Below, piece by piece: positions 14,001 through 22,155 of a stretch of DNA of 60,188 nucleotides. Within the stretch, counting starts at the first letter, position 1. Every line of letters starts with the position of its first letter. Made by a program: the position numbers and the translations under genes. The notes under the pieces are model-generated. The model did not search any database. It saw nothing but the letters and a program-made list of their open reading frames with translations, and was not told the origin of the DNA. The DNA is from a virus (lineage: Duplodnaviria > Caudoviricetes): positions 1 through 60,188 of IMG/VR virus record IMGVR_UViG_3300025108_000004; one strand, written 5' to 3'.

Positions 14001-15232
14001 GCGCCAACACCTGATGTGCTAGATTCAACAAAAATACCTGCTGTTCCTGCGTCACTCCCCGTAACAACAAGAGTCTCAGCACTAGCATCCCAGAACAACT
14101 TTGCAGTCGTGCCAGTGTCTTCGTAGAAGCTGATGTCGCCGCCACCGTCAACCTTAAGTCTGTTAACAGGAGTGGTTGTACCAGTAAGCATGTAAATACT
14201 ACGAGACGCACTGCTTCTTGCTTGAATAATTAAGTCAGTTGAAGCGTAATCAGGGTGACTACCTGACGTTGTGTAAATAGTCGCACTGCTTGAATTTGTA
14301 GGTGTTGCTGTAACTCCGCTTTCTAAATAGCCGTTAAAAGATGTTGCAGTAGCTGTGCCAGTTACGTCGATGCCTGTGGCGGTTGTGGCTAGACGAGCAG
14401 TATTGTCGTAGTAAGCAGTAACAGCACCGTCTTGGTCTGCGGCAATATAGTTTTCACCAGAAGCTGATTTAATACGAAGATTCGTAGCTTCAATGAATAA
14501 ATTACCAGTGCCGTTTTCTTCTATGTAACTTCCAGTACCGTTGTGATAAATCTGTAGGTCAGAGCCAGCACCGAAGATAGCCTTCGAGTTGTCAGCAAAG
14601 GTGATGTCGTCGCCTGACGAGACCGAGATGTCTGTGCCGCCTGTGGTATTACCGTTAGCCAGAACCTCAGAGAGTGTGTCAGAACCTGCGACTTGAGAAT
14701 CAACATACGCCTTGATCGACTGCTGGGTGGCGAGTGCTGTGGCGCTATCAGACGCCATGTTGTCTTCATCTTTGATACTTGAAACGGTAGCGCCGTCGCC
14801 ATTAAGTGTAAGGCTGTTAATGTTTGTGATGCCTTCTTCGACGTTTGTACCGTCACAAAAGACCACCATGTTCTTGCCATCAGGTACAGCGGCACCGGTA
14901 CCAGAAGCCGTTTTAACAGTAATCGTCTGGCCTGTACCGTTCTCAACGATATAAATCTTAGACGCCGCTGGGCAAACAACAGTGCCTGCACCGGTCAACG
15001 CTGTGCCAGTATCAGTCAAAGTAAGAATTGCCGCACGAGACTCAGAAGTCGTGCCATCGGCAGTGGTTAGTGTGTGAGAGTTAGCGGTCCATGTATTGAT
15101 GACTGCGCGGCCTGCGATGGCTTCTTCTACCATCGAAGTGATGTTGTCGTTTACAACATCGCCCCAAGTACCACTAAGCTCGCCTTGTACGGGAAGCGCT
15201 AGTTTAAGTATGCTGGTGTACTGTGTTGCCAT
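11015..15232 (-). CDS. Modular tail fibre / receptor-binding protein
   Basis: 1405 aa, G/S/T-rich, repeated ERMRIDSSGNVGIG modules, C-terminal LDDYEEGTWTP...YTKVGRTV domain typical of fibre tips. Confidence 0.85.
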   Translation of the reverse strand: MATQYTSILKLALPVQGELSGTWGDVVNDNITSMVEEAIAGRAVINTWTANSHTLTTADGTTSESRAAILTLTDTGTALTGAGTVVCPAASKIYIVENGTGQTITVKTASGTGAAVPDGKNMVVFCDGTNVEEGITNINSLTLNGDGATVSSIKDEDNMASDSATALATQQSIKAYVDSQVAGSDTLSEVLANGNTTGGTDISVSSGDDITFADNSKAIFGAGSDLQIYHNGTGSYIEENGTGNLFIEATNLRIKSASGENYIAADQDGAVTAYYDNTARLATTATGIDVTGTATATSFNGYLESGVTATPTNSSSATIYTTSGSHPDYASTDLIIQARSSASRSIYMLTGTTTPVNRLKVDGGGDISFYEDTGTTAKLFWDASAETLVVTGSDAGTAGIFVESSTSGVGARLDTIDATTSNSATLTNSLLLDSDNHAVIRIDSNNNGSGDFYITESSSDTARLRVANNGDVSLFEDTGTTAKFYWDASAESLGIGTSSPEEALHVSGSFGDAITSKFENTGSALSYIEFENSAASGALIGARGQRLSFLPNGTETMVIDSSGNVGIGTDSPTDILSVGTLGSGSNSIITIGASTTGTSSIYFGDGASAARFRGYFDYVHSSDSLAIGTAAAERMRIDSSGRVGIGLTPSSSAPLTNVDAGILQVNGNIELRFGGTNVDPAGAKYFNIVNTDTTLVANQPLGGLQWVGLDSTNPNSNMASITSYCSGNAGTTADLRFKIAGSERMRIDSAGRVGLGTSSPSSLQAGAENLVVGSGSGDEGMTIYSGAANRGNIYFADGTTGSDPYRGQINYFHDSDYLRFVTAATERMRIDSSGTAMFKGGTTDNAIQIWESNSEIARIGGSSGTLNFLVGSTTESRLAIDSSGNVGIGTSSIDLTSSGRTVVQVEGSSNALLNLTDGTSRLYLHQKGGTSGADIWNSADSYMRFATNDTERMRIDASGNVGIGVVPESYQELYRALQVGNTALIGRHSGGTSEMYLTANSYYDGAWKYIVSDEASVISQSAGVISFLNAASGTADATISWSEAMRIDSSGNLLHGITGVPTGVLLGKQLVSSSPTGSEIIAFREDSSVAVGDKCGAFLIGNSDTDGNEDHFVGMWGKTTSTNGAQNLNFAAGRSGYESDSPQMTLDSSGNLLVGKTGTSFSTAGSRLTPDGGGQFVVDGAAGVEINRLTSDGDIVAFYKDTTTKVGSIGSSNGGERLYMVNDSTGFCFLGDFSRILPCDSAGAPRDAAIDLGQSSGGRFRDLYLSGGVQFGTTGAAAQNLDDYEEGTWTPTLLASTTNPTTSSLTIHGATYTKVGRTVHVQAYIVANITNVGSGDAQIGGLPFNVATGYTPAVFKHGDLIESNGGYFNNGSNNIIAINDYTTNGKPYAGTGNRGLMISGTYEVS
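12365..13338. repeat. Four exact dispersed 20-bp repeats GTCGATGCGCATGCGTTCTG within the tail fibre gene
   Basis: Copies at 12365, 12740, 12989 and 13319; each encodes ERMRID on the minus strand. Confidence 0.9.
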
Positions 15233-15242
15233 TCTCTTGTCC

Positions 15243-16415
15243 TCAAGCGGCTATATCGTCCCAATTTGGCGTCTGGTCTGTATCCAGATTACCCCAAGAA
15301 GGACTCTGCGTATCTGTAATGTTCTGCCAATTTGGGGTTTGGCCTGATGATATGTTACCCCAAGTTGGCGTTTGTCCGTCAGAAATCGCTTGCCAGTCTG
15401 GTGTCTGATCTGTAGGTATTTCACCCCAGATGAACACGTTTCCGACTGCACCCGAGGCTTCTACGCCTGTTGGGAGTGCAGTTGCTCCAGCAGTAACAGT
15501 TACTGTACCTAAACTTACGGTACTTTCAACTCCTGTTACTTCTACATCAACAACAACACCTACGCTAACAGTTCCGATTGCGCCGGTCGCTTCGAGACCT
15601 GACGGAGTTGCAATGGCGTCACCTGTTACAGCGACAGTGCCGATAGCCGTGGTAGCTTCTTCTCCTGTGACGCTTACATTAGCGCCAGCAACAACAGCGA
15701 CCGTACCAAGAGCGCCAGTAGCTTCTAATCCCGTTGGGAATACATTTGCTGTTCCAGTAACAACAACAGCCCCAAGGCCAGTGGTAGCTTCAAGACCTGA
15801 TGGAGAGACAATGGCGTCACCTGTAGCAACAACCGTACCAAGCGCCGTCGTACCTGCAACGCCAGTAACTGTGAGGTTTGCATCGCCTGAAACGCTGACG
15901 GTGCCTATCGCACCTGTAGATTCAACACCGGTTGAAGATACGTTCGCACCACCTGTGACGGTGACAGAACCAAGAGCTGTGGTAGCTTCTTCTCCTGTGA
16001 CACTGACATTTGCGTCAGCGGCGACAACGACTGTACCAAGCGCAGACGTAGCAGAAAGACCCGTAACGCTGACATTTGCATCAGCGATAACGGTGACAGA
16101 ACCTAAAGCGGAAGTACCGGCGACACCGGTAACGCCGACATTAGCGTCGGCAACAACAAGAACGTTTCCTATACCACCAGTGGCTTCAAGTCCTGATGGT
16201 TGGACTGTAGCCGCACCAGTAACGGTAACATTACCAAGTGCGCTAGTAGCTTCTAATCCAGTAACACTTACATCGGCATCAGCGGCGACAACAACAGTGC
16301 CAACTGCGCCGGTAGCTCCTACTCCATCGACGTTTACAATGGTGAGATCTGTACCCCAAGAGCCTTGGCCCCAAGCGGTAGAACCCCACCCTGTATACGT
16401 GACAGAGGAGGGCAT
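15243..16415 (-). CDS. Repetitive V/T/G/A-rich virion structural protein
   Basis: ~19-aa repeats (ADANVSVTGxEATxALGxV), N-terminal WGxxxWG motif and C-terminal 11-aa QTPxW repeats. Confidence 0.7.
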   Translation of the reverse strand: MPSSVTYTGWGSTAWGQGSWGTDLTIVNVDGVGATGAVGTVVVAADADVSVTGLEATSALGNVTVTGAATVQPSGLEATGGIGNVLVVADANVGVTGVAGTSALGSVTVIADANVSVTGLSATSALGTVVVAADANVSVTGEEATTALGSVTVTGGANVSSTGVESTGAIGTVSVSGDANLTVTGVAGTTALGTVVATGDAIVSPSGLEATTGLGAVVVTGTANVFPTGLEATGALGTVAVVAGANVSVTGEEATTAIGTVAVTGDAIATPSGLEATGAIGTVSVGVVVDVEVTGVESTVSLGTVTVTAGATALPTGVEASGAVGNVFIWGEIPTDQTPDWQAISDGQTPTWGNISSGQTPNWQNITDTQSPSWGNLDTDQTPNWDDIAA

Positions 16416-16843
16416 TACGCTATCCGAATAATGGCGTTACTCGCGTCGGCTGTAGGGAACTGAATCTGAAAGTCGCCAGCGGTAGACGTTTTGTCGGCAC
16501 CAAAATCAAGGACAGCAACAGCAGGATCGCCACCACCCGACTTGTAAATCAATGCTCCTCGCGCGGTGATTGTTGCGGTAGACCACGTTGTATCTGCAAA
16601 GTCTAGGAACGCTGTAGTCCCAGACGTCGTGGGAGCCACAACAGTTAACGTGTTACCACCTGCTGTATACCCAGTTCCTGAAACTTCGTTCGTTGTTGAG
16701 TACGCCGTTGTAGACGCCCCGAGTGTTGCAGACGAAGTAAACAACGCGATTTTGAACGTTGCTGACGTGTCTGAACTAAAATCCATCTCGCCATCAAGAA
16801 GCGCTTTCTTGAATGACGTGCACATTGCTTGAGTAATTGCCAT
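16415..16843 (-). CDS. Conserved virion structural protein
   Basis: 142 aa (FKIALFTSSA...NEVSGTGYTAGG...TITARGALIY...VAVLDFG) in the tail module. Confidence 0.65.
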   Translation of the reverse strand: MAITQAMCTSFKKALLDGEMDFSSDTSATFKIALFTSSATLGASTTAYSTTNEVSGTGYTAGGNTLTVVAPTTSGTTAFLDFADTTWSTATITARGALIYKSGGGDPAVAVLDFGADKTSTAGDFQIQFPTADASNAIIRIA

Positions 16844-16853
16844 CTTTTATCCC

Positions 16854-17483
16854 CTAAGTTACAGGTATCTGAGGTTGTCCTGAACGATAAGTATCGCCGC
16901 GAAGTTTACCATCGCCAAGGTTTTTGAGTAACTTCAACGACTGTACGTACATGCGCTCGTACATCTGCACGAGGTCTGGCTCACCTTTCATAAAACGCAA
17001 GGCTTCTACCAACGCTCCGTTCAAGAGCGCAGAATCAAACTCTTCGCCTAACCACGTAGTACCCGCCGTTACTATTGACTCAGGGTAATACCCGTAGTGA
17101 AGCTCCATTGTATACCCGCTATCAGGAGTTGGTCCCACAATAAAGCTATCATCATCAAAGTTAGCGTAGTGTTTAGGTAATCCTGTAGTAGTCTGTACTG
17201 GATACGCTTCACGAATAAAATTCACATCCTTGTTTAACAAGAAATGATAATTACCGCTACCGTCTACAACCGCTAAACTATAGGTATACAGATAATCAGC
17301 GGGGGTAGCTAGGTATTTATTACTCGCTGTAAGCGTCCCCGTAACGTTCTTACGAAGCGCGGGGATTTGAACAGTGTTATAAATTTTCTGTTCAGCCTGT
17401 TCCGTGAACATAGCGAGCTGATCATCAGTGAACGTGTTTTCAGTGATGTCCTCAATGTTAGTTTTCAGCTCGGTATAGTTCAT
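16854..17483 (-). CDS. Putative head-tail adaptor protein
   Basis: 209 aa (MNYTELK...IVGPTPDSGYTMELHY...ALLNGALVEA) resembling podoviral adaptors. Confidence 0.6.
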   Translation of the reverse strand: MNYTELKTNIEDITENTFTDDQLAMFTEQAEQKIYNTVQIPALRKNVTGTLTASNKYLATPADYLYTYSLAVVDGSGNYHFLLNKDVNFIREAYPVQTTTGLPKHYANFDDDSFIVGPTPDSGYTMELHYGYYPESIVTAGTTWLGEEFDSALLNGALVEALRFMKGEPDLVQMYERMYVQSLKLLKNLGDGKLRGDTYRSGQPQIPVT

Positions 17484-17486
17484 GAT

Positions 17487-17603
17487 TTACGCCATAGGAC
17501 CGCGTGCATAAAGTCCTTTTGTAGCCGCGCCAGTGCCTCGAACCTTCACTTTTCGATTCTTTTGGCTAGGCTTTTTAGTAGCTTTTGGTGCTTTCTTACG
17601 CAT
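17487..17603 (-). CDS. 38-aa Lys/Arg-rich protein not in the ORF track
   Basis: Manual translation MRKKAPKATKKPSQKNRKVKVRGTGAATKGLYARGPMA*. GGAG RBS at 17612-17615; fills the gap between two genes. Confidence 0.75.
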   Translation of the reverse strand: MRKKAPKATKKPSQKNRKVKVRGTGAATKGLYARGPMA

Positions 17604-17614
17604 GATAATTACTC

Positions 17615-17926
17615 CTACGAAATCTGAACTGTAGCTTGCCCTATAAATCCAGTACCGACAACCGGCTTGACTGGCTCTATTAACGCTCTGCTAGCCGCAT
17701 ACTGATTGGAATCAGGACGTGGATCACGTAGCGCTTGTGGGTCATTAACAGGAAACTCTCCCAGCTTTAGCTGAGGGTGATCCCCATCCCAACATTCAGG
17801 ACATGATTTAATGTTTGTATCACGTCCTTTCTTGTAAACATTACGTAGCTCACGCAGTTTGTACGTAAAACCACATACATCGCATACGCCGAGCGCTTTC
17901 TGACTTGACGCAAATCGATTGCCCAT
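17615..17926 (-). CDS. Zinc-binding hypothetical protein
   Basis: CDVC...CPEC and HPQL...DPQALRDPRPD. Confidence 0.7.
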   Translation of the reverse strand: MGNRFASSQKALGVCDVCGFTYKLRELRNVYKKGRDTNIKSCPECWDGDHPQLKLGEFPVNDPQALRDPRPDSNQYAASRALIEPVKPVVGTGFIGQATVQIS

Positions 17927-17927
17927 C

Positions 17928-18614
17928 TCAGATCCTCATAGCGCGAGGGACAAAACGAGCTGGTGTTTTCTCTCTATCTTCGCCCGCCGCCAATGCGAAC
18001 TGCTCTTCATATACTTGTTTTAACATAGGTAAGCGTTCAGCAAGCTCTGGCACTTTCATAGCGATGTGGTATGCAAGACCTGCAACAAGACATGGGAAAA
18101 AGCGGAAGTTCATGTCTGAAGTCTCGGAACCAGCGCCCGCATCTTGGACGCGGCGTAGCCTCCAATAACGAAAGGTGTAGTCGTTTGTATCTGGCACAGG
18201 CCAAACGTTGATCTTAGGGTTGTCACGTAGGCGTTCTATCCACACTTGAATAGGTCTACCACGCGATAACTTGTTTGGGATAGACGCGTAGGTACTTACG
18301 CTAATACGACTTATCGTAAGGTCAGATTGTGTTGATTGGTTGCCTGCACCGGTACGTATGACCTGCTCAAGAAGGTCAATGGTGTCTGCTGGTAAATCGT
18401 ACTCAGACGTACCAGCAACGAGGCTTACAGTGCCTTCGTCAATTGTCCACAAGTTGATCCCACGATTCTGCCACTCAATGGTCATCAGGTTCATGGACCG
18501 ACGTGCAGTACGCAAATCGTATCCAGATCGCATTTCACGGCCAGCACGTTCCCACGCTTCTTCAGCGATCTCCGTGAAGTCCATGTTGAATGCTGTAGTA
18601 CCTGAAGTTGCCAT
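17928..18614 (-). CDS. Putative head-tail adaptor (tail tubular A-like)
   Basis: 228 aa (IAEEAWERAG...ARRSMNLM...WQNRGINLW...VWPVPD...LVAGLAY); position after the capsid module. Confidence 0.6.
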   Translation of the reverse strand: MATSGTTAFNMDFTEIAEEAWERAGREMRSGYDLRTARRSMNLMTIEWQNRGINLWTIDEGTVSLVAGTSEYDLPADTIDLLEQVIRTGAGNQSTQSDLTISRISVSTYASIPNKLSRGRPIQVWIERLRDNPKINVWPVPDTNDYTFRYWRLRRVQDAGAGSETSDMNFRFFPCLVAGLAYHIAMKVPELAERLPMLKQVYEEQFALAAGEDREKTPARFVPRAMRI

Positions 18615-18835
18615 TACTTTTTACTCGCAGATTTCTTCTTGGCTGGAGCTTTTTTCTTAGCTACAGGCTTCTTTTCAACGGGTTTTTTAACGCCCATTGC
18701 TTCTAGTTTAGCCTCTGCCTGCTCTTTAGTCATTAGGTCGTATACAACAGTATCGTACGTACCGTCTGCGTTTTTAGTGCCTACCTGATAGACCGGCTCT
18801 CCCGTAGAAAACCTTCCGTTTTGGAACACTTCCAT
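18614..18835 (-). CDS. Small protein with a Lys-rich histone-H1-like tail
   Basis: Ends KKPVEKKPVAKKKAPAKKKSASKK; AAGGAG RBS. Confidence 0.7.
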   Translation of the reverse strand: MEVFQNGRFSTGEPVYQVGTKNADGTYDTVVYDLMTKEQAEAKLEAMGVKKPVEKKPVAKKKAPAKKKSASKK

Positions 18836-18846
18836 TGTTTCTCTCC

Positions 18847-19176
18847 TTACGTATACAACGTCTTTTTACGTCTGCTGTCCATAACAGCACCGCAACCACG
18901 AGCTATGGAACGCTTACCACGAGCAAGCCCACCTTCGCGAAATTTTACTTCCGCTTGCTTGGTGTTTTTGACCACAGTCTTGCCTTTCTTACCTTCACGC
19001 TTCTTCTTTTTAGCTGTCGAAGAACGTTCAGACTTAGATAGGCTTTGCGCCTTACTCCTAGGCAAGCACCGGTCAGGGTTCTTTTTGTCTTTAGAGGTGC
19101 CGCACTCGCCTTTGATTTCGCCATCGGTACCGATACGAACCCACTCTTGATCTCGCCACTTCTTCAAATCACCCAT
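18847..19176 (-). CDS. Small basic hypothetical protein
   Basis: 109 aa, Lys-rich; carries FREGG and RGCGA motifs. Confidence 0.75.
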   Translation of the reverse strand: MGDLKKWRDQEWVRIGTDGEIKGECGTSKDKKNPDRCLPRSKAQSLSKSERSSTAKKKKREGKKGKTVVKNTKQAEVKFREGGLARGKRSIARGCGAVMDSRRKKTLYT

Positions 19177-19343
19177 TACTTCTTCGCCTTTTTGCCTTTG
19201 GCACCCTTAGCATAGTTAGGGTCTTTGCAGTATTTAGACGCCGCCATGTTCGCGTAAGCAGACGGGTACGTGTCAAAGGTGCGCTTTGCCCACGCCTTAC
19301 CCTTGGCACATATTTTCCCGCCTGACTTATAGTAACGACGCAT
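19176..19343 (-). CDS. Small basic protein with a YPSAYAN motif
   Basis: Likely start MRRYYKSGG at 19343, immediately after the upstream stop. Confidence 0.7.
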   Translation of the reverse strand: MRRYYKSGGKICAKGKAWAKRTFDTYPSAYANMAASKYCKDPNYAKGAKGKKAKK

Positions 19344-19344
19344 G

Positions 19345-19629
19345 TTATCGCATCTTACAAGGTCGTGTGCCTTTACGCGCAATACCTGCACCGCGAACCT
19401 TGCCACCCTTAGCGTAACCTTTCTTCGCCATGCCGCCGTTTTTCATAGCTTTACGAGGTGCCGCTGGACCAGTTCCCGTAACAGCATCCATAGCTTTACC
19501 ACGCTTCTTTTTCTTACCCATGTCTCCCGAACCTTTACCGTCCATAGCAAACTCAGGAACCATTTTCCCGTCTGGCCCTTTTGTCATAGGCATTCCGCCC
19601 TTCTTATAACCTTTCTTCATCATTTTCAT
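19345..19629 (-). CDS. Small Lys/Met/Gly-rich protein
   Basis: GGAGGGAG RBS at 19636-19643; YKKGG, MKNGG, YAKGG and RGAGIARKG motifs. Confidence 0.75.
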   Translation of the reverse strand: MKMMKKGYKKGGMPMTKGPDGKMVPEFAMDGKGSGDMGKKKKRGKAMDAVTGTGPAAPRKAMKNGGMAKKGYAKGGKVRGAGIARKGTRPCKMR

Positions 19630-20308
19630 TGTCATCTCCCTCCGCATAGAGATTGTCAAAAACTTGGTTTACATCCAATGTGTAGTCTAAGTCAGACTTA
19701 CTGTAGTGAATATGTTGTGAGGGTAAGAAATCAGGAGCGCCTTCTCCCATCTCAAACCACGCGGGATGCGACACTCGCACCCTGTTATTAGGTAACGCTA
19801 CGATGTTTCCGGTCCACTTCCCTGCGTCTAACAACTCAAGCACGTGCGCTTGTTTGTGTTGTGCTGGGTCATCAGCGATCTCAGAATCGGTGTAGTCCAC
19901 CGTGAAGTAATATTTAGCTGGGTAGAACTTACCGTCAATCTTTGCCATCCAAGGGCAGGGAGTGCATCTGTCTAGCACGTACACGCTATGCGTACGAGAC
20001 GCACAATCCCACGGTTGAGCCGCCCATACGGGCATAGGGTCAGGCCACTCTTCTAGGGGTGTATCTCCTACAAGCGCCGTAATAGGCATACGTGCCCACA
20101 TAGCTCCGCCATGAACGTTAGGTTCATCGGTATCGTCTGTCTCACAGCCAGTAAAAATGACCTGAAACGACAGGCATCGATTAGGTATGGTAGTTACGGC
20201 GATCACCATAGCGTGCAAAAACTCACCATGATATGCCATGTGGTTGTGCGTATATTCCCTACGAACCCAGCATTTAAAATGCGGTATGTTTGACTGAAGG
20301 AACGCCAT
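19604..20308 (-). CDS. Conserved phage protein of unknown function (His/Cys/Trp-rich)
   Basis: Long ORF; ATG at 20308 overlaps the upstream TGA. Confidence 0.75.
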   Translation of the reverse strand: MAFLQSNIPHFKCWVRREYTHNHMAYHGEFLHAMVIAVTTIPNRCLSFQVIFTGCETDDTDEPNVHGGAMWARMPITALVGDTPLEEWPDPMPVWAAQPWDCASRTHSVYVLDRCTPCPWMAKIDGKFYPAKYYFTVDYTDSEIADDPAQHKQAHVLELLDAGKWTGNIVALPNNRVRVSHPAWFEMGEGAPDFLPSQHIHYSKSDLDYTLDVNQVFDNLYAEGDDNENDEERL

Positions 20309-20619
20309 CAGCAGTTCCACTTCCGCAAACTTTTGTTAATGCGGCTGTTAGGATCATTCGCTGTCTTTGCGCTAGTGTTGCGCTTCTTCATACCCTTCAT
20401 ACGGGCACAGAAAGACTTACGCCGTTTAGCGGCCTTAGAACCTTTCTTTAACTTGCTAGGCTTGGTCGTTACCGCAGTCTTCAGCTTACTGCCGGGGTTT
20501 TCCCGGCGGTAGCTTGCAACTCCTTCCTTGTTAAGCCCGCCCGACTCGCTCTTACCTTCCTTGCGCGTCCACGCAGGGCTTTTCTTAACCGAGCCGCCTT
20601 TCTTGTAGTAAGCCCGCAT
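20308..20619 (-). CDS. Small basic protein (RRKSFCARM motif)
   Basis: 103 aa, very Lys/Arg-rich; starts MRAYYKKGG. Confidence 0.75.
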   Translation of the reverse strand: MRAYYKKGGSVKKSPAWTRKEGKSESGGLNKEGVASYRRENPGSKLKTAVTTKPSKLKKGSKAAKRRKSFCARMKGMKKRNTSAKTANDPNSRINKSLRKWNC

Positions 20620-20624
20620 AGTAT

Positions 20625-20900
20625 TTACCCATAGAACACTGTCATAGCAGTAATGTTAGTGAATGCACTTACATACACGTCTGACTGGCACCGAATACCG
20701 TCGTCAGGAATGTTGACGGAGTGAGAGTCAGAAGCAACAAAGTCTAGGTCTAATACAGTGCTTCCACCGTTACCATCGGTGATAGTAAGGCGGGGGCTTC
20801 CTGTAGTGCTCAAAACTTGCACTTGGCGAATGCGTGCAGGCCCAACACCTAGAGATCCTGTGCCCGTTACGCGTTTAGACTGAACATCTGATCTAGGCAT
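20625..20900 (-). CDS. Small beta-rich putative virion protein
   Basis: 91 aa; AAGGAG RBS. Confidence 0.65.
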   Translation of the reverse strand: MPRSDVQSKRVTGTGSLGVGPARIRQVQVLSTTGSPRLTITDGNGGSTVLDLDFVASDSHSVNIPDDGIRCQSDVYVSAFTNITAMTVFYG

Positions 20901-20910
20901 TGTTCACTCC

Positions 20911-21126
20911 TTATCCAGCGGATACAGTCAGAACGCCTGAGTTGCTATACAGTTGACCTGCAACAGAAGGATCAGCGGTTGGTAAGTCTTTGAAGATGAT
21001 GACGCTGTTCGTGCCGTCGTGAGTAATAGAAATGTTCTCAGTGACGGTGCCAGTGTTATCAGCTTTAGTAATGTCCTTAAAGCCATTCTCCGAACGGACT
21101 GGACCTTGGAAAGTAGTATTAGCCAT
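20911..21126 (-). CDS. Small putative head fibre/decoration protein
   Basis: MANTTFQGPVRSENGF...LPTADPSVAGQLYSNSGVLTVSAG; first gene after the capsid gene. Confidence 0.55.
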   Translation of the reverse strand: MANTTFQGPVRSENGFKDITKADNTGTVTENISITHDGTNSVIIFKDLPTADPSVAGQLYSNSGVLTVSAG

Positions 21127-21128
21127 GT

Positions 21129-21180
21129 GAATCTCCTGTCTCGGCTAGTGTCAGTTACGGGATGTAACTGTCAGGGATTC
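21129..21180 (-). promoter_or_regulatory. Structured leader that can sequester the Shine-Dalgarno of the 71-aa gene
   Basis: Outer stem GAAUCCCUG/CAGGAGAUUC (one bulged A) encloses the inner hairpin CAGUUAC-AUCCC-GUAACUG. Confidence 0.5.
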
Positions 21181-21196
21181 ATTTTTTATAACACAC

Positions 21197-21224
21197 AAAA
21201 AGAAAGGGGGCAATAAATGCCCCC
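21197..21224 (-). terminator. Intrinsic terminator after the major capsid gene
   Basis: GGGGGCA-TTTAT-TGCCCCC stem followed by TTTCTTTTT on the minus strand. Confidence 0.8.
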
Positions 21225-21233
21225 TCTTAGTCA

Positions 21234-22142
21234 TTAAGCTCCGGGCGAACCGAAAATGCCTAATGGGTCTGACACGCCGAACGAGTAACGCTCACGAGCC
21301 TTGTAGCGGCTGTTGCCAGTATCAAAGTCAGCATCCATAGATGTAGACATTGGTGTACGGACAAAGTGCTTAAGACCGTTAGGAACGTCAGTCATCAAGA
21401 ACCAAGCGTCAGTATCAGTCAGGTAATGGTTAACAGTGTAACCCTCTGGGATAGAACCGTTATTGCGAATCGCATTAAGGTCGTTATCCGCAGTACCCAC
21501 GCGACCTTCTGTTTCGAGCAAACGAGTTGCAACGAACTGAAGAGCAGGTGGAATTACCAGCTTCTTAGGCTTGGCGGCGATGAGAAGACCACGCTCGTCT
21601 GTCCAACCAGCGATCTGGATAACGGCGGCTTCCAAAGAAGTCTCGTTAAGATCAGCCGCAACAGTTGGCTCATTCGAGTTGCTACCACCGCTAACCAGTG
21701 GGTGATCGGTAGTGCAAAGTGCCTTACCGTCGCCGTAGGTCACACCAGTGTCAAACGCACTATTCAAGATAGTAGCGGCCTTGACCTGCTTGGTGTACGC
21801 CATAGCACGTGCGAGAGCCTTCGTATAACGAGCAGACAGTGAGTCATACAGGTTATCTTCGATAGCTTCCTCAGTGATTGAGAAGCCCATCGCGATGGTC
21901 TCGTGTGTATAGCGAGCAGTCCACGCTTCCTGAGCATTGTCATACTCAATTGCGGCACCTTCGTTTTTAACAGGTGCGGCTGAGAAGCCTGAGAGCTTGG
22001 TCTCTTCCTCAAACGAGCGATCTGAGGTTTCAGTTTCAAAGATTTCGGCGTGCTCTTCGCCGTATTTTGCGTACTCCATACCAAACAAAGCGTTCAGTCC
22101 GGGAAGGAGTTCCTTTAGTAGCTGGGCGCGTGAAATAGCCAT
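21234..22142 (-). CDS. Major capsid protein
   Basis: 302 aa (MAISRAQLLKELLPGLNALFG...ITEEAIEDNLY...RYKARERYSFG); follows the scaffold and is followed by a terminator. Confidence 0.88.
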   Translation of the reverse strand: MAISRAQLLKELLPGLNALFGMEYAKYGEEHAEIFETETSDRSFEEETKLSGFSAAPVKNEGAAIEYDNAQEAWTARYTHETIAMGFSITEEAIEDNLYDSLSARYTKALARAMAYTKQVKAATILNSAFDTGVTYGDGKALCTTDHPLVSGGSNSNEPTVAADLNETSLEAAVIQIAGWTDERGLLIAAKPKKLVIPPALQFVATRLLETEGRVGTADNDLNAIRNNGSIPEGYTVNHYLTDTDAWFLMTDVPNGLKHFVRTPMSTSMDADFDTGNSRYKARERYSFGVSDPLGIFGSPGA

Positions 22143-22155
22143 TGCTCAAATCTCC

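Noticed and set aside
11015-15232. Diversity-generating retroelement or invertase-driven fibre switching
   Set aside because: No reverse transcriptase or recombinase gene, no template/variable repeat pair, and the repeats are direct rather than inverted.
15430-16431. 333-aa plus-strand ORF
   Set aside because: Antisense shadow of the V/T/G/A repeat gene; it runs against the operon direction.
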